Source: Lytechinus pictus
Taxonomy: Eukaryota
Length of the DNA: 64,000 nucleotides
Assembly (NCBI RefSeq): GCF_037042905.1
Contig: NC_087251.1
Location: forward strand, 32,304,001-32,368,000
Direction: 5' to 3'
A program made the position numbers and the translations under genes. Shown here in pieces: positions 25,701-38,399 of the stretch. The first letter of the stretch is position 1; each line of letters begins with the position of its first letter. The notes under the pieces are model-generated. The model did no database searches. It had not been told where the DNA came from and was given only the letters and a program-made list of their open reading frames with translations.

Positions 25701-28700
25701 GTTTGGCATTCCAATGTTATGAAAAGAAAAGAAAAATAGACCTTCGCCTTTCTTCTTGCTTACGAATGTTTGACCAATCGTTTATTTCACATGAGTTAAG
25801 AAGGCAAAGGCTGTTATTAAAAGTACACAACCAATGAGACACAATACTACTGGTGTCAGCCGCCGAACCCCCCCCCCTATCCCCCTATAGGAAGATCCAC
25901 TAACCCCTCTTTTGATGCATCCTTATTTAGACAGAAAAATCATAGAACATCCCAGCATGTATACAGCGGGGAAGGAGAAAAAAATCTCAAAATTCATAAA
26001 AAGAAGGATAAAAATAAAAAGTCAATAGAGTAATCCTGCTCAAGGCTAACCACTGTGATTCTTATAGGGAAATCAGAACCATATATACATGTATTGTGAA
26101 TAATTGAGCCATTTGCGCCGTTTCATGCTGAAAATGTATTCAATGGAATAACTTTCGACTTACGACCATGACGAGTGATATAAGTGCAGCAGTATTGAAA
26201 TGGTTTATTGATATGGGGCCCCAAAGAGTTAGATCACTTGAATTATCTTTTAAAGTGTGAACACCCCCCCCCCTGCGCAGGAGACAACTGTCCATCAACA
26301 ATGTTTATTTCTCACTTGGTACTGAAGTTAAACAACCAATGATAATCGATTAACTTCATAAAATCACCTTTCAATGTAAGTCGTCATTAAGTTGCCATTC
26401 AATGAGTTACAATAATCGCATATCTAGTAACAATAATTCTCAGTCAATCAAACCAAGGAGTTGAAACTTTGTGACTCTGTTGATCAGACCCAATTTCGCT
26501 TCGCGACGCAGGACGTATTCAAGAACAGTGTAAGTCTATTGAAAATGCCGGTCAAATGACAATTTACAGTTGGGAGGTCTTTGTCGAAAATTAGTGAACT
26601 AGAACAGCAGTTACGTCCTAAGTTCTGAGCTGACGAAAAAAAAACGCATCTATACATGTCGTTTGCCCAGGATCGAGGACTAAACTGCTGTTTTGATTCA
26701 CCAAATTACGACAAAGACCTCTTGGTTGTTCATTGTCATGGAGGGCATGTGACAATACATATTCTATGTTCTTGAATCCGTCGTGGGTCGTGGAACGAAA
26801 CTCTCCTCTGGTCGACGGACGAATGGCAACCTGTTACTGATGACAATATAGTATCCAGTTCAAATATTCACTTACCTACTGCACATGGGCCGTTATGTTC
26901 TTTTCTCACATTCCAGCCCTGACACCTCGCTTTTTTCACTTCACATTTTGATAAATAAGTTCTCCCATCGGTACCACAGAACGGCTTCGGTCTCTGATTC
27001 GAGCAATCCACATTGCATTCTGGGTTCTGTGTTTGGGTGGCTTCCGGGTTGAGTTGAAACTGAAAGAGCAAGAGAGACAAACCGGGATACAGAATTGAGA
27101 TAAAAATGGCATGAAGCGATTGGGTTTGGAATATATCGTCACCCCCATTCCACAATGTTCAATTTTGTTGGATATTCTTAAACTTAATGAATATGTAGTG
27201 CTATATCATATAGACAAGGTGTAGATATTGATTTTGCAAGAAATAACGAATATTGTTATTTCAAAAAATAGCTTTCGTGGAAGGGGTACGCCCTATAATC
27301 ATATCTTAATCCATCATTTAACGAACGTTGAAACCGTTTCGACAATTCCACCACGTACCACTCAATCAACACTATGTCGTGATCTGTAAATTTCAAACCA
27401 TATTTTGGTAAGGGATGACGACGAAGTATGAAGGTTCATGTTGGCATTCGGGTTAGCCTCTCCTCGGTGCTTTTCCTTTCTCATTTATCCAAGGTCAAAT
27501 AATCGGAGTTTGCAGGTATAATCCCCAAATGAAAGAAAACTGTTATTGCAATATAAACAAATCATACATTTTCAGACGAATCACTAGAAACATTAATGTG
27601 TGTACATATCTATCCTGACATACATCCTCATAGTAAAATATTTTAATAAGTCTCAAAAAATTGATTATGAGTACAGATCTACGTCGCGGTGGCCATGGGA
27701 TATATACCAAGGCGTAGAAAGCATGGTCGTTAGGAAATGGGCGGATGGGCTCGATGGAGCATAGGGGCTAGAACTGGTTGATTCGGGTTTTCAAACTAGA
27801 ACAAGAAGATAATACCTCGACTCGTTCCCTATCAAAGCCACGATTGACCTTTCGTAACTGATCACAATTTTTTTTCGAACCATTCAATTTTTTTTCTAAG
27901 ATCAATACGATCGCCACGACTGATATGATACGATCTGATAAGATCACTACGATTAAGTACGACGTTTGGATCGTGGCGCAAATGGTGGCAGTGGGAACTA
28001 GGTATTATCAAGGTACATGCAAAATGTTGTTGGTATATAACATATATATATATGAACATTTATCATTCGAGAGAATAAAAAAGGGGTTGGAGCTCCAGTA
28101 CCCCCATTCTTTTCTAGACTCGCGACTGACTAGGCCAGTCGGCTGATATTGGGGGCTCCCGCAGTGCAGCGGCTCGACACAGGGGCAGACACAGGCCATC
28201 CCCACTACCCGGACCCAATTACTGCTAGAATATGATAATTGATATAGTGTAACTGTACTTTCTTGAACTTGGCATTCAAGGGCTAACAGTCACTCTCAAG
28301 ACCATAGAAGTTAGAATTCAAAATAACTTAACATATATTATACTGCACTATCTCAACTCGTCAACACACTGAATTGTCTATGGAGAATGTTAAATCCATT
28401 GGAATGATTGACCATGATTCCAAAATTTAAAATGCATATCAACAATACAACCGCAGTAAATATCCTTATAATTAAGACATAGAAACAACATCTTGAAAGA
28501 TTTGCAAAGAAGTGCCAAGAACAAACACATCCTTATGCCGACCAACGAAATGTATCGACAAACCATGGAGCTAAGCAGGGGCCGCGGAACGGTTTTCAAA
28601 GTGGGGGACTGAGCCAAAAGTGGGGGGGCTGACCATGCTAAAAATCACAATCATATGGTCATTTTTACGTTTTTGTACACGGTTTTGGAAAAAAGTGGGG

Positions 28701-31700
28701 GGGGGGCTGAAGCGCCCCCAGCCCCCCCCCCCCCGGTTCCGCGGCCCCTGCTAAGTTATCACAATCAGAAAGACGAAGCATGAATCACATCACAGAATGA
28801 AACTTTATGTGGTCTTTATATCATGTAGGCCTATATTACCAAAGCGTTTTCAGTTATAGCCATAGTCATGCTGGAAGTTGACAACATACCACATAACCAA
28901 GTAGTGATGCCACTGCCAGTTTCGAAGGTGTTAACACACACTTTCTCCCATTCTTTTCCATCTCATGCTACTCCGTCATCAAAATACAAGGAATGGACTG
29001 GATCATATTCAAAGTTTACTTCCTTTTTATTCCATATTTTCATCACCATTATTTCTCATAACGCACGTGTGTAACCGCAATCAGTAGCCGAAAGACAAAT
29101 GGCATGTCAACAACAAGTGCTTCCAAGGTCTGGTGGGTATTGGATTGTAAATGGGTCGCTTTTCTCTGGAAAACGACATTGATTGGTGTATCCTACCAAG
29201 AAGTACAAGCCATTAATTCATAGTGGATAACACTATTACATTAATTTCATGTTTTGGGACGTATTTTGACCGATTCGGTTATTCTTGGTGGTGAGACCAC
29301 GAAGGTCACAACGTGGCTTTCTACATATGGGACTGAGAAAATGCCCTCATTGTGCTATATATGTCACTCGGCATCAGCGAGATGGTAGGACACGCGGCCA
29401 CCCTGACGAAACTACGGGGAATGGTTGGGCAAACCTGTGACTAAAATAAAGCCTGTTTCATGTAATAACCATGATCATTGCCATTTACCAAAAATATCAT
29501 TAAAAATATTATGATGTCAACTGATCAACGATGCAGACCATTCTAGCTTCTTACCTTAGGCCATATGTCATAGGCCTACAGCGTCTAACGATATCAAGGA
29601 TACTGCAAAATACAAATTCACACTTTTTGCTGATCACCATGAAGAATTCAACTTTTTAATTTATATGAATAATAATTTGTTTTATTAACAAAAGGCGATT
29701 ATTGATATTATAAGAAGAAATGGGATTAAGAAGAAAACGACTCGTGGCATAAATATTCACATTTGAATATACATGTAAACAGAATAAACAATTGGATAGG
29801 TGTGACAATCTCTTTCACGATTTAGCCAACATTATGCCCGACGTATTTAGGTATGGCAAGCCATTTCAACAGTTCGTCATATTTCTTGATATTAAGAACT
29901 CGATATCTCCATATCAAGAAAAATGAGTAAGTACGGCTTGCCATACGTACGGGTGTGATAGGCTGAAAACCCTTTCACTCAGGGACACGAACAATCGAAG
30001 AATCTTGAATGTTGAAGAAATAATGCTTTCGTAAATGTATTTCATATTCCAAAGACATGTTCTGAAAAAACATTCTATCACTATCAGTAATAATATATAC
30101 ATTTTTAGACATCGCGTTTCCCCGCGTGCACATCATAATTGCAATTTACAATGACAATTGCAGTTGAAATGACGGTTTCTATTGTGTTTTTATGCCCTTC
30201 TCATTATCGCCCACCCTCTCTATTGAGACGTTTCATTTATGGTTCATTATTGCGCTCAAATCAAGGCGGCTGTCTTTCTTGAGCAGCCAGGCAGAAAATT
30301 GTGACATTGTTCCGACCTGTCTAGGACATGAATGGTTAAAATATTATTGATGGAACGGTTGTTACCATATGTGTTGGGAAGGGGTATGGTAATGCGTGAG
30401 GGGTAGGCTCAGTAGGTTTCGAGAAAAATGATACTATATAGATCTACACAAGATGATATCATAATGATTATGGAGTCTCGTTGAGTCACATTGACTGTGT
30501 AGACGTCAAATGACCAATTGTATCCAATAACTTAACCAAGCCCGGGGCCCCGTCTTACACAGAGTTGCGATTGATCAGATCAACCGCAATTATGGAAAGC
30601 CAGTAACGTCAAGATGTATGTTTGTTTTGTTCTATATATTTTCTAGGTATGATGTATATTCATAAATTCATTATTATTATTATTATTATTATTTTAATTC
30701 AGTGAGATTGTCTTTGTTTGCAAAGGACATCGTACAAACTTCCTGTAGAAAAACTATGACTTGATGGATTTCCATATAGTTGGGGTTGCTCGGATCAATC
30801 ACAACTCTTTGTAAGATGGGGCCCATGTAGATGTGGAGAATAGGTTTGGTTGGTATCACTGCGAAAGGACACTCAAATGCTTGAAAATTTACCCTTTAGA
30901 GAGCTTCCTTTTTTCAGATAACTTATAAGGCGTAAATGTAGTCTACTAACACGTAAAAATTATAAGGTAGCAGAGAAAGATGACATGGCGTAAACATAAT
31001 GTCGTCTGGCCAAGGAAGGGGGGGGGGTGGGGTAGGGGCGTGGTACCTTTTGGGGGGCATCGAAATGTAACGGCCCCTGCTAGTTAAGCAATACATAAGG
31101 AACTACCACGTTTCGAATCTGTATAAGAAATCTGTGGAATTTTCGCAAATGTTATACGGGTTTGGGCTTGTGTCAGCGCTTCGAAAGTTCATTAAATGTC
31201 GTGACGACATTTAGAATGGGAGTCGGAAATTTGCCTCAGAAATGTTTCTATGAAGACATACCACCCATGACGAAGGCTCAAGTTCATCACTAGCTGCTTC
31301 CTTCACACTGTCTGATGTTTGTCTGAGAAGGGGGTGTAACACATTTCTCTGCGTGGCAGATCGGGTAAGAACATTTTTTGACAGTCTCGGGTGTTAGTTT
31401 GACAAGTTTATTCCTGGTTTGATTGTGGTTTGTTCAGTTCGCTCTTCTTGAAAAACCTAAAAATTGAATGTCGTTACTTTCGACGATTGAAATTTAATTG
31501 AGACAGTTACGGACCTCAGGCAACATTGTGTGTGACTGATAACTCAGCTTCAGAGAGTCCACCGGAGTGGATGAAAGCTCGCCATAAATATTGTTAAGGT
31601 TGGTAATAGTTAATAATCGATCATCCCCAACCTATGAAAGTGTTCTGTATCAAAATGTAATTCCATTTCATCTGAAAATGACATTCACCCTCAGAAGTAA

Positions 31701-34700
31701 TGAGACGTTTGAATGTATACACTGCAAAGATACATCCTATGCATGTATGTGGCCTTGTGTTCTGCGAATTGTTCTTCAAACATCCTTGCCTGGACGTCTG
31801 TTCCGACGAGCCCGAGAGTCCGACAGAGGAGGAGACAGCTCGCTCGTCGAGAACTTGTTCATAAAATATAAATGGTAAGACTGTTATTCAGGCCAGTCAA
31901 TTGGCGACTGTCTTCGTTTTCATTCTCGTCCTAATTATATCAAACTTATTTAATTACACAATTACTTAATGTACGAGCGAATCGATAGCAAATATGCCCA
32001 ATTAGTGTATTTGTGGAATGATGTTAGTAATGTATTGGCCTAATTGTAGTCAAATGCGGTTTATTAATAGAAGATAACGTATTCCCCGAAAGAAAACATT
32101 TCTAACCTGTATTTAAAAAACAGCGAAGGTCAATCAACTGAATTCATCAATATGTTATCGTCCATCACATATCCTAGGCACATATCATTGTATGTGAACA
32201 TGATAAAACAGGAAGTGGCAGTCTTGCGTTGCGGCTACGAGATCTCACAAACAGTCCAATCGATGGTGATATTCATTGATGACATTCGAATGTAATGTTG
32301 TCATTATCTTACAGACTATGAGACAAGGCTATCCCAGTCATTTATATTATTTACATTTCATTGTCAAAGTGGCGACGGGAGAGGGGTAAAATGAAGAGCA
32401 TTCGTCTTTGTCTTTGACCTAGAAAATGCGATGGAATATTTCCGGTATTAAGCTGGCGAGATAGTTCAGATAACTAAACGTCAATTTTCCTTACGATCAT
32501 GCTCCTAACGAGATGGCGTATCCTCTATTAGTAAGACTGGCATGGAATTACGTGGAATTTTAAACTGCGTTTTTAGTTCAACAGTACATTGAAGAATCGC
32601 AAGTCTGTATTTTGTCTAGAGAAATTGTTGATCAGTATTTTGTTTCACATAGCCCGCCCTCTTCGAATTTCGTGCCCCCACCCACAACTTCTTTTCCCTA
32701 TCTCTCACACCTTCTATCTGCTCCTGTCTCTATGTCCCTGTCTGTATCGGCCTCTCACAAATTTATTGCCCCCTGCTCTCTCTCGATTCTCTTCTCTACC
32801 CCATCTCCGTATTGTTATTAATAGTATGTGTATACAGAAGTGTAAAACCCCTATTTATAAAGTCATTTGTCTGTTTAGCAAAAGATATGTCTAACTCCCG
32901 AATATGACTCATCGCTTCTTTCTCCGTCACCCCTCTCCCCTCTCTAGAGGTTTGTTACCCCTGACTCCCTTCGAATGGGTTATGACGGTCCCCGTGTCTG
33001 ACTCCACCCAGCTCCTCGTATGATTCCTTTCTAATAATGTTCTTGGTGGTGATGAATGATTTCCATGTCAACCTTTGGTCACAGGTGAGCGAGAGAGGCA
33101 GAACCATGAGATTCCCTCGGAGAGTCAGTGGAGGAGCTAAACAGCGAATATAGGTTCTCCCTCTCACGTCCCTGGTTCAACCAAGGATCTGTTCGAAACT
33201 CGAAATTGTTCCAAACCACATACAGCATATACGTCCTCACTCTAAACATGCTAAAGAGAAAATTGCATGTTCCTATTGGAAAGTTCGCCTTGGCAAAAAG
33301 GTTTATTTTATAAATTCCAGGTGAGGATGAGGAAAATCCATCATAGTTTAAGAAAATTATTCGATTTTTTTTTGATTTGTGACTCCATATGCGAGCAGCT
33401 GAGATGCATAATGGCTCACTTGGTATATCGGTGGTCGCACTCTCGGATTAGCCTAGGTTCAAATCCAAGTCAATCTACGGGTGCAATTTGAACCAGGTTC
33501 CGAGAGGACATCACTCGCTGGTCCTCTGGAGACGACGATAAACCCATTGTTGTCTGGTACTTTTTTTTTCCTCTAGAAATCGGGTGTCGTTGTAATAAGT
33601 TATTATCACCCTCTCATCAAACAACGTTTGACTATTCGATGAAAAGCTAGACATGTTAAAAAAGACGTTCGATAGCGGTGTTTCTTTGGGGTTTTAATAT
33701 CGAAACTCACTCCTAAAAAAATATTCATAATAATTTAGCGATTACGGATGATGACATCACTCCAACGTCAATTCGACCTAATATAGAGAAAATATGATAT
33801 AGCTTTGAGTACACATAACCAATAAGAAGTAGGCCTATATAGATCCATGGATAGATTGGGTACTACTATTTATGTTTATTTTAGTGTGGGGGCTTCAAGT
33901 ATACATGATTATTATGCACTGGTAATACAAAAAAAAAATGTTTTTTCGTTCATAGATTGGAAGGTCCCTTTAAAGCCACATGTATGACTGATATGTTTTT
34001 ATCCTCATTCTAACATATTATTAACACCAATTTTTATTGTTCGGAATTGCTTTGTCACCCCCTTTATTATTACTTGAAATGATTTGCATAGAAAATTGTA
34101 TTTTTGTATTCTTTAGCAACATTGCTTCGCCGCCGTTCACTTTAAGTTCATAGTGATTTATACAAATTGGTGTCGTTTTGGGGTTCTTTACCAATTTGTA
34201 TGTACACCTGGGTGTGTGGATTTATTGTACTTGTGAGATAACATCTCTAAGATTGGATACGATCAGATGCTAATCGCTACTGATATCTGAGATAACTTTG
34301 TATTCTTTTCAACAAAAAATGAGTGTAATCTTTCTGGGAGGCGTGCATCATTTCCAGTTGATGCGCAAGTTTGAATTGGTATTGTGTTAATGATTTCCAT
34401 TACCAGTGCTTTTACCTTGGGGGCATAGATGCTACGGGATTAGAATGGACAAGTTTCCCTCAGGAACATACCTTAAACTGTCATTAGGGGGACAATCAAA
34501 ACCATTTTGAACAATACCTTTCAATTTCACAGTTCACCGATCATGCCGCTAAATAAGTGTATATGAAATAAAAGGTATAAAAAAGTGCAGTTACAGGTTG
34601 AAGTATGTTCCCCCGTAAAAATCAACCCAAAAGTTTTCATATTTCACCTGTTCTCAAACGATTAGTCTGGGATTAAGACCCACTATCATTGTTTACTTCT

Positions 34701-37700
34701 TGAGCCTCAGAACTGATATATTATCGAAATAGATATCATGAATATTCACTTAAAAATATTTAAGTGTAGGGAAGAGCTGTAAAGCCGAATTTAACTCTTG
34801 TATAGACAGAAGATCATTCGTCTCTGAAAAACAAGTGATTTTATTTTCAGTCATCAATTTAAAGGCTTGTTATAGTGACTGAATGAAACATATGTACAGA
34901 ATAAAAAATCATAACATTATTAATATTTAGACTAAATCATAAACGATAGAAACGTGATTTACAAGATTGAAAACACAACCACCGTTATGGAATTACAGCT
35001 GATGTCTCAGTAGAGAGAACTGACAAATAAAACTGTGTTTTTCGTATCGTTCTCAGTAAATTTAAGAATGGGTCAGATATTTTAATCAGATGAAATATTG
35101 TGATCTTCTAACAACAAAACTATTCATACTTTCTTATCTGTCTGGCGGTTTGATATTGGGGGTGATTCGCCGGGTCTGGTGTATGACGTGGAGACCTACA
35201 AACTGATTTCTCTAACTGCTCAGATCCAGCCTAAATCGTAATTGTTAACCTTTTCTTTTGATACATTCAGATAAATACTCTTAAAACGCCCGAGGGCGTG
35301 ATTAGCGCCACTGAAATAACTTATATTAAATCGTTCAGAACAGTTGGCTGCGCTAACAAAAAGCCCCGAAACAACTGTTACACTTTGAGAACACTGGTGT
35401 GTAATACCTCCTTGAATTTACTGAAAAGACTCGCTTCATAGCGAAGCCATTCAAGCCAGATTACCATCCAATCCATGTGTTAAGTTAACACTGTAGGTTA
35501 AGTGAGTGTTAAAACACGCCTCTTTAACACATAAGGAAGCCTTACCACGGCAAAAGAGATATATCCATGCTTTATGAATGAAAAGGAGGTAGGATGGGAA
35601 AATGAAGAACCGGTCTATAAAAAGAAGAATGAGAGGCTTATGGAAATTGAGAGTACTGCCGAGCCATTGTCCCCGCACCTGATAGTCAAGAAGAAGATAA
35701 TAATGAAAGTATTTTTGGTTGCCACTGGTTATCTGAGAAGAAACGTTTCTTACGTCATCACATCATTTCATCAGATTATTTCTCACATGGTGGAACAAGG
35801 GAAGAAGTGTACTTCCTATACCGTGTCCTTCAAATGCTGAACAATTTTCAGATTAACATTTGAGAACATCTATATTATCTTTATCTCTTCTTTAGAGCAT
35901 TTTAAGTAGCAATACTTAACGTATCCTTTATAACAGGTGGGTCGCTGGTACAAAGTAATCCTCAGTTAATGTGAAGCCACATCATTTTTACCAAAATGTG
36001 GCCATTAAAGATTTAACGCAGAATGTTCTGCATTGAATGCAATTACCTGACACTGGGGTCATTATGTTATCCAATCAAAACGACATTTGAAAATGACATA
36101 ACGAAACTTCATGGCAATTTTCCTATTATAAGCATAAAATTGAGAAAATATAAGTGAATCTTGTATTTCTGGTAGGACTGATGCAAGGGATCCTGGTTCA
36201 TTCGGCGTCGCGTTTAAAAGGTCTGAAGGGATGGTATTTGACATAATGATAGATTATGCCTAAACATTTCGCTGATCAATAACATTTCTAAATAGGTTCA
36301 TTATTGCATAATGAAATAATCGCTAGAGATTATCAATAACATTGTTTGGAAGTTAATTCCTAATTAACTACACCCTCCCACATAATATTTAATCCATCAT
36401 CTCATTAATCTCATACCAAGAAGCCTCGATACATGGAAGAATCGTTGTATGGAGTCTATTAGAATGGTCTGTTTACAACAGATTAACATTACACAAAGCC
36501 TAAAGAAATTAATCTGTAATCAACTCCAAATACAAGACTAGCTAGATCTTAATCTCAGCCTTCAAATATCTTTTGTTGCTTCATTAAGCCCTTCATAATA
36601 AAACAGATTACAATATATTCGATGATTAGTTCAACCTGGAAAATCGTTTTCAGGTTTTAACAAGATTATAATTATCACCGGGTTGATCACTTTTTTCTTT
36701 TTCAGAAAATGGGGTTTAGGGGACTTTTGTCTCGGGCTATCAAATGGCTTTGATTTGCGCATACCGCATTCTTGGTTTTTAGCACGCAATCAAAATGCAG
36801 TTGAGCTTCCCATCCTCTCTATGTACGTTTCTGACTGTGGATAATTTCATAACTTTTTGGATTGTACGAAAAATTCTCAGGCTGGTATAGCAGGAAAAGT
36901 TATCATTTTCCAGAAATAAGAAAGCATTACACGATTCAAGAAGTCGGTTTGAATTCAGAATGGAGACATGTATAACACTATTAGACGATGAGAAAGAGAC
37001 ATAGTGCATTCTTCCTTCGAGTGTCCTTACATTGTCCTATATCATTGCTCAACCATCCGAGATCTGCGAAATGACCATTCATTCATTCTATTTTCAATGG
37101 TAATTCAAATAAAACCAAAATGCAGTTATCGAATGTATTGGCACATCCCAGCTTATCCTCTCCAACAACACACCTGTTATTTGGCTACTCGCTGAAAGTA
37201 TAAGCAAGCTGGATTCCCGCTTTCTGAAGATTCTAGCTTTTTCCTCACTCCCATTCCTTGTTCTTTTCTCAAAGAAGAAACCATGAAGGAGAGGCTTGAA
37301 GTCATTGTTGATGGACAATAGTTTGTGATGACGATATCGACCTAAGTGATGGGCTTATATTGATCCGTGTTTGAAGAGTTAATAATGAGGATAATACCAT
37401 CTCTTTTGTTCAGGCTTACTGATTAGGGTGAGCTTAATCACACCAATTAACGAGTCTCAATTTTTGAAGCTACGAACCAAGCTGTACAGTGCCCAAGCAT
37501 TCACTTCGATTATTGAAAAAAAAGGGAAGAATAAACAAACAACGCTGTCGTATTCTCTAATTTTCTAGTGTTTTTTTTTAAAGCGTAAGTCGTCAAAGTT
37601 TGAATTTTTCCTTAACTCGTTATCCTTAAATCTCCAAAGGAGTCAATTATTGAAATGGGATATTTTTTAAAATCTAAATTAAATAAACTAGGTTAGGTTC

Positions 37701-37931
37701 ATTGACAGCAACTAAGAAACAAATTTCGAAAGACATATTTACAACAAAAAAAACATGAATGTTAACAAAATTTATCAAACGATTATTATCTGAGGATTGT
37801 AGACTTACCCTTGTGGCTAATGAGAGACTGGCATCTGAAAGCATTAATAATATGGCGAGAAGGGCGACAGCAATGGCACGAGAATTTTGCCTCAGTTTAT
37901 GTTCCAAGAAGTAAGAATCTATTGCTGCCAT
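132..37931 (-). CDS. SMOC: SMOC-family secreted modular Ca2+-binding protein (SP-Kazal-TY-EC-TY-EC), 12 coding exons, ~566 aa: complement(join(132..148,1287..1331,2110..2351,4007..4106,9668..9934,13333..13398,14337..14384,15181..15231,18459..18806,24009..24218,26876..27059,37809..37931))
   Basis: All internal boundaries are canonical GT-AG with compatible phases, and the joined length of 1701 nt is open to a TGA. The Kazal, two thyroglobulin type-1 (CWCV) and two EF-hand-pair EC domains occur in the order expected for invertebrate SMOC. Additional unseen micro-exons cannot be excluded. Confidence 0.92.
1287..1331 (-). CDS. SMOC: SMOC exon 11 (45 nt), C-terminal tail
   Basis: Strong acceptor ttttctccctcttttag|, donor A|GTAAGT, phase 1-1, (A)VATEAPPRRGRNPF. 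Confidence 0.8.
1830..2012 (+). mobile_element. ~180-bp MITE, family A (CAGGGGCCGCGG ends), copy 1
   Basis: TIR CAGGGGCCGCGG...CCGCGGCCCCTA. Core nearly identical to 28576-28750. Flanks GAAGA/GAAGT look like a decayed 5-bp TSD. Confidence 0.8.
2110..2351 (-). CDS. SMOC: SMOC exon 10, EF-hand pair of the C-terminal EC domain
   Basis: Phase-2 acceptor ttaccag|. Translation QAIEDLNPNHRDESIVWKFGQLDRNGNNYLEAKETAPFVPEIDQIKSSKKCRNNFLDFCDGNQDSRLSLKEWLHCFDITP. Donor G|GTGAGT. Absent from the ORF track. Confidence 0.95.
2929..3206 (-). mobile_element. Non-autonomous hAT-like MITE, family B
   Basis: Ends CAATGGCGTA...TACGCCAATG. Flanks GCTGACTG/ACTAACTG match at 6/8. Homologous to 22895-23210 in the opposite orientation; further fragments at ~2545-2810 and ~3612-3830. 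Confidence 0.7.
4007..4106 (-). CDS. SMOC: SMOC exon 9, N-terminal helix of the C-terminal EC domain
   Basis: Acceptor catttcag|. Translation (D)CPDDKKKRFLIKLIDNIYAEM... matches the SMOC CPxxKKxxF motif. Donor AC|GTAAGT, phase 1 to 2. Confidence 0.92.
7733..7857. mobile_element. PIF/Harbinger-like MITE
   Basis: 23-bp TIR GGG(T/C)CCGTTGCAGAAAGAGTTGC (22/23 match) and 3-bp TSD CTG. Confidence 0.8.
9668..9934 (-). CDS. SMOC: SMOC exon 8, thyroglobulin type-1 domain 2
   Basis: Acceptor aattttag|. Translation VPVLSCETERQRALEE...FVPQCTVTGDYTAVQCHEQMQYCWCVYVDTGKPIPGTS...DC. Donor G|GTAAGT. 267 nt, phase 1-1. Confidence 0.97.
13333..13398 (-). CDS. SMOC: SMOC linker micro-exon 7 (66 nt)
   Basis: Acceptor ttttctcttaaatcttcag|, donor A|GTAAGT, phase 1-1, (A)SPPLLVTRQIPHGDNADSDTQ. 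Confidence 0.75.
14337..14384 (-). CDS. SMOC: SMOC linker micro-exon 6 (48 nt)
   Basis: Acceptor ctctcactcaattcag|, donor G|GTAGGT, phase 1-1, (N)EQPEEPTVDSGGPQD. GC-rich relative to its flanks. Confidence 0.72.
15181..15231 (-). CDS. SMOC: SMOC linker micro-exon 5 (51 nt; alternative in-frame acceptor at 15219 gives 39 nt)
   Basis: Acceptor tcaccag|, donor A|GTAAGT, phase 1-1, open reading (I)LFPVRDGHWSDSSDNE. Confidence 0.65.
18459..18806 (-). CDS. SMOC: SMOC exon 4, internal EC domain with two EF-hands
   Basis: Acceptor gttttcag|. Translation (G)SRCRQDKREEFNKNLKRIFKEEY...VIEWKFGSLDANEDANLDSKELKPLLRLMKKIIKPKVCAKDFVKICDLDADDRLTEMEWSLCLGVDN. Donor A|GTGAGT. 348 nt, phase 1-1. The ORF track shows a different frame here. 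Confidence 0.95.
19506..19740. repeat. Compound (TAG)n/(TAA)n/(TGA)n microsatellite
   Basis: Directly visible triplet runs. Confidence 0.95.
22011..22168. mobile_element. Degenerate foldback MITE
   Basis: TATGGAAGACGATGGTTCCAAATACCC is mirrored imperfectly by GGGTATTTTGGAACACATTGTGTTCCATA. Confidence 0.5.
22895..23210 (+). mobile_element. Non-autonomous hAT-like MITE, family B
   Basis: Ends TATGGGCGTA...TACGCCACTG with a perfect 8-bp TSD CATTGAAT (22887-22894, 23211-23218). Contains an internal ~58-bp tandem duplication. Confidence 0.85.
24009..24218 (-). CDS. SMOC: SMOC exon 3, thyroglobulin type-1 domain 1
   Basis: Acceptor ctcctttcag|. Translation (E)LTKCQLERAQN...VFVPQCNDDGSYAMIQCHKSFGYCWCVTEEGKPIAGSSVRDGNPTC. 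Donor G|GTGAGT. 210 nt, phase 1-1. Confidence 0.97.
26876..27059 (-). CDS. SMOC: SMOC exon 2, Kazal/follistatin-like domain
   Basis: Acceptor ctctttcag|TTT. Translation FQLNPEATQTQNPECNVDCSNQRPKPFCGTDGRTYLSKCEVKKARCQGWNVRKEHNGPCAV has six Cys and the CGTDGRTY motif. Donor G|GTAAGT, phase 1. Confidence 0.96.
28576..28750 (+). mobile_element. MITE family A, copy 2
   Basis: Perfect 15-bp TIR CAGGGGCCGCGGAAC and perfect 5-bp TSD CTAAG. Confidence 0.9.
30545..30824. mobile_element. PIF/Harbinger-like MITE
   Basis: 32-bp imperfect TIR GGGCCCC(G/A)TCTTACA(C/A)AGAGTTG(C/T)GATTGATC. Ends resemble those of 7733-7857. TSD decayed. Confidence 0.75.
33405..33570 (+). mobile_element. Degenerate tRNA-derived SINE (head region)
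   Basis: Pol III A-box-like TGGCTCACTTGG (33412-33423) and B-box GGTTCAAATCC (33456-33466) at tRNA-like spacing, without a closable cloverleaf. Confidence 0.55.
37809..37931 (-). CDS. SMOC: SMOC exon 1, signal peptide (MAAIDSYFLEHKLRQNSRAIAVALLAILLMLSDASLSLATR)
   Basis: ATG at 37931, hydrophobic core AIAVALLAILLML, and a strong AGG|GTAAGT donor in phase 0 that matches the phase-0 acceptor of the Kazal exon. Confidence 0.85.
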
Positions 37932-38399
37932 CTCTGTTTCTGGCTGTTTTTAATGCGAAACGAAAAGTATCCTTGAAATCGCTTGATATTTAAGTTGAAA
38001 AAAAAAATGTGATGAGAGGAAAATACAGCGGCTGCAGCAATCAAGGTATGCCGGGCTCCCTCCGTCAGAGTTCTCCGATGAGCACCAGGGGCCGTCGAGC
38101 TGTTTCGCTCGCCCGCTTCATTAATGCCTGTTTTAAGTGTACCAATACTTTCGCCTTTCGAAGAGTTCAGAAATTTGGGCGATGACAACTCTTTCCGTCC
38201 CGCTTAAATGAATGTTTCCGAGTATATTTCCTCACAAAAAGATCATGTTGACAAACTGAAAATTCCAGAACATTAACGTTTAGTCTCGCCTTCTGATCTG
38301 ATTGAGTAGGTTTTGAGAGTGTTTATGATCAAGAAGAGCGTGCAGGGCGCTGTGGTTTCACCGTGAACAAGCTGTCGTCTGCTGATGTTCCACTTCGTT

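Noticed and set aside
33405..33480. Possible tRNA gene
   Set aside because: A and B boxes are present, but no consistent acceptor or anticodon stems can be folded, so a SINE head fits better.
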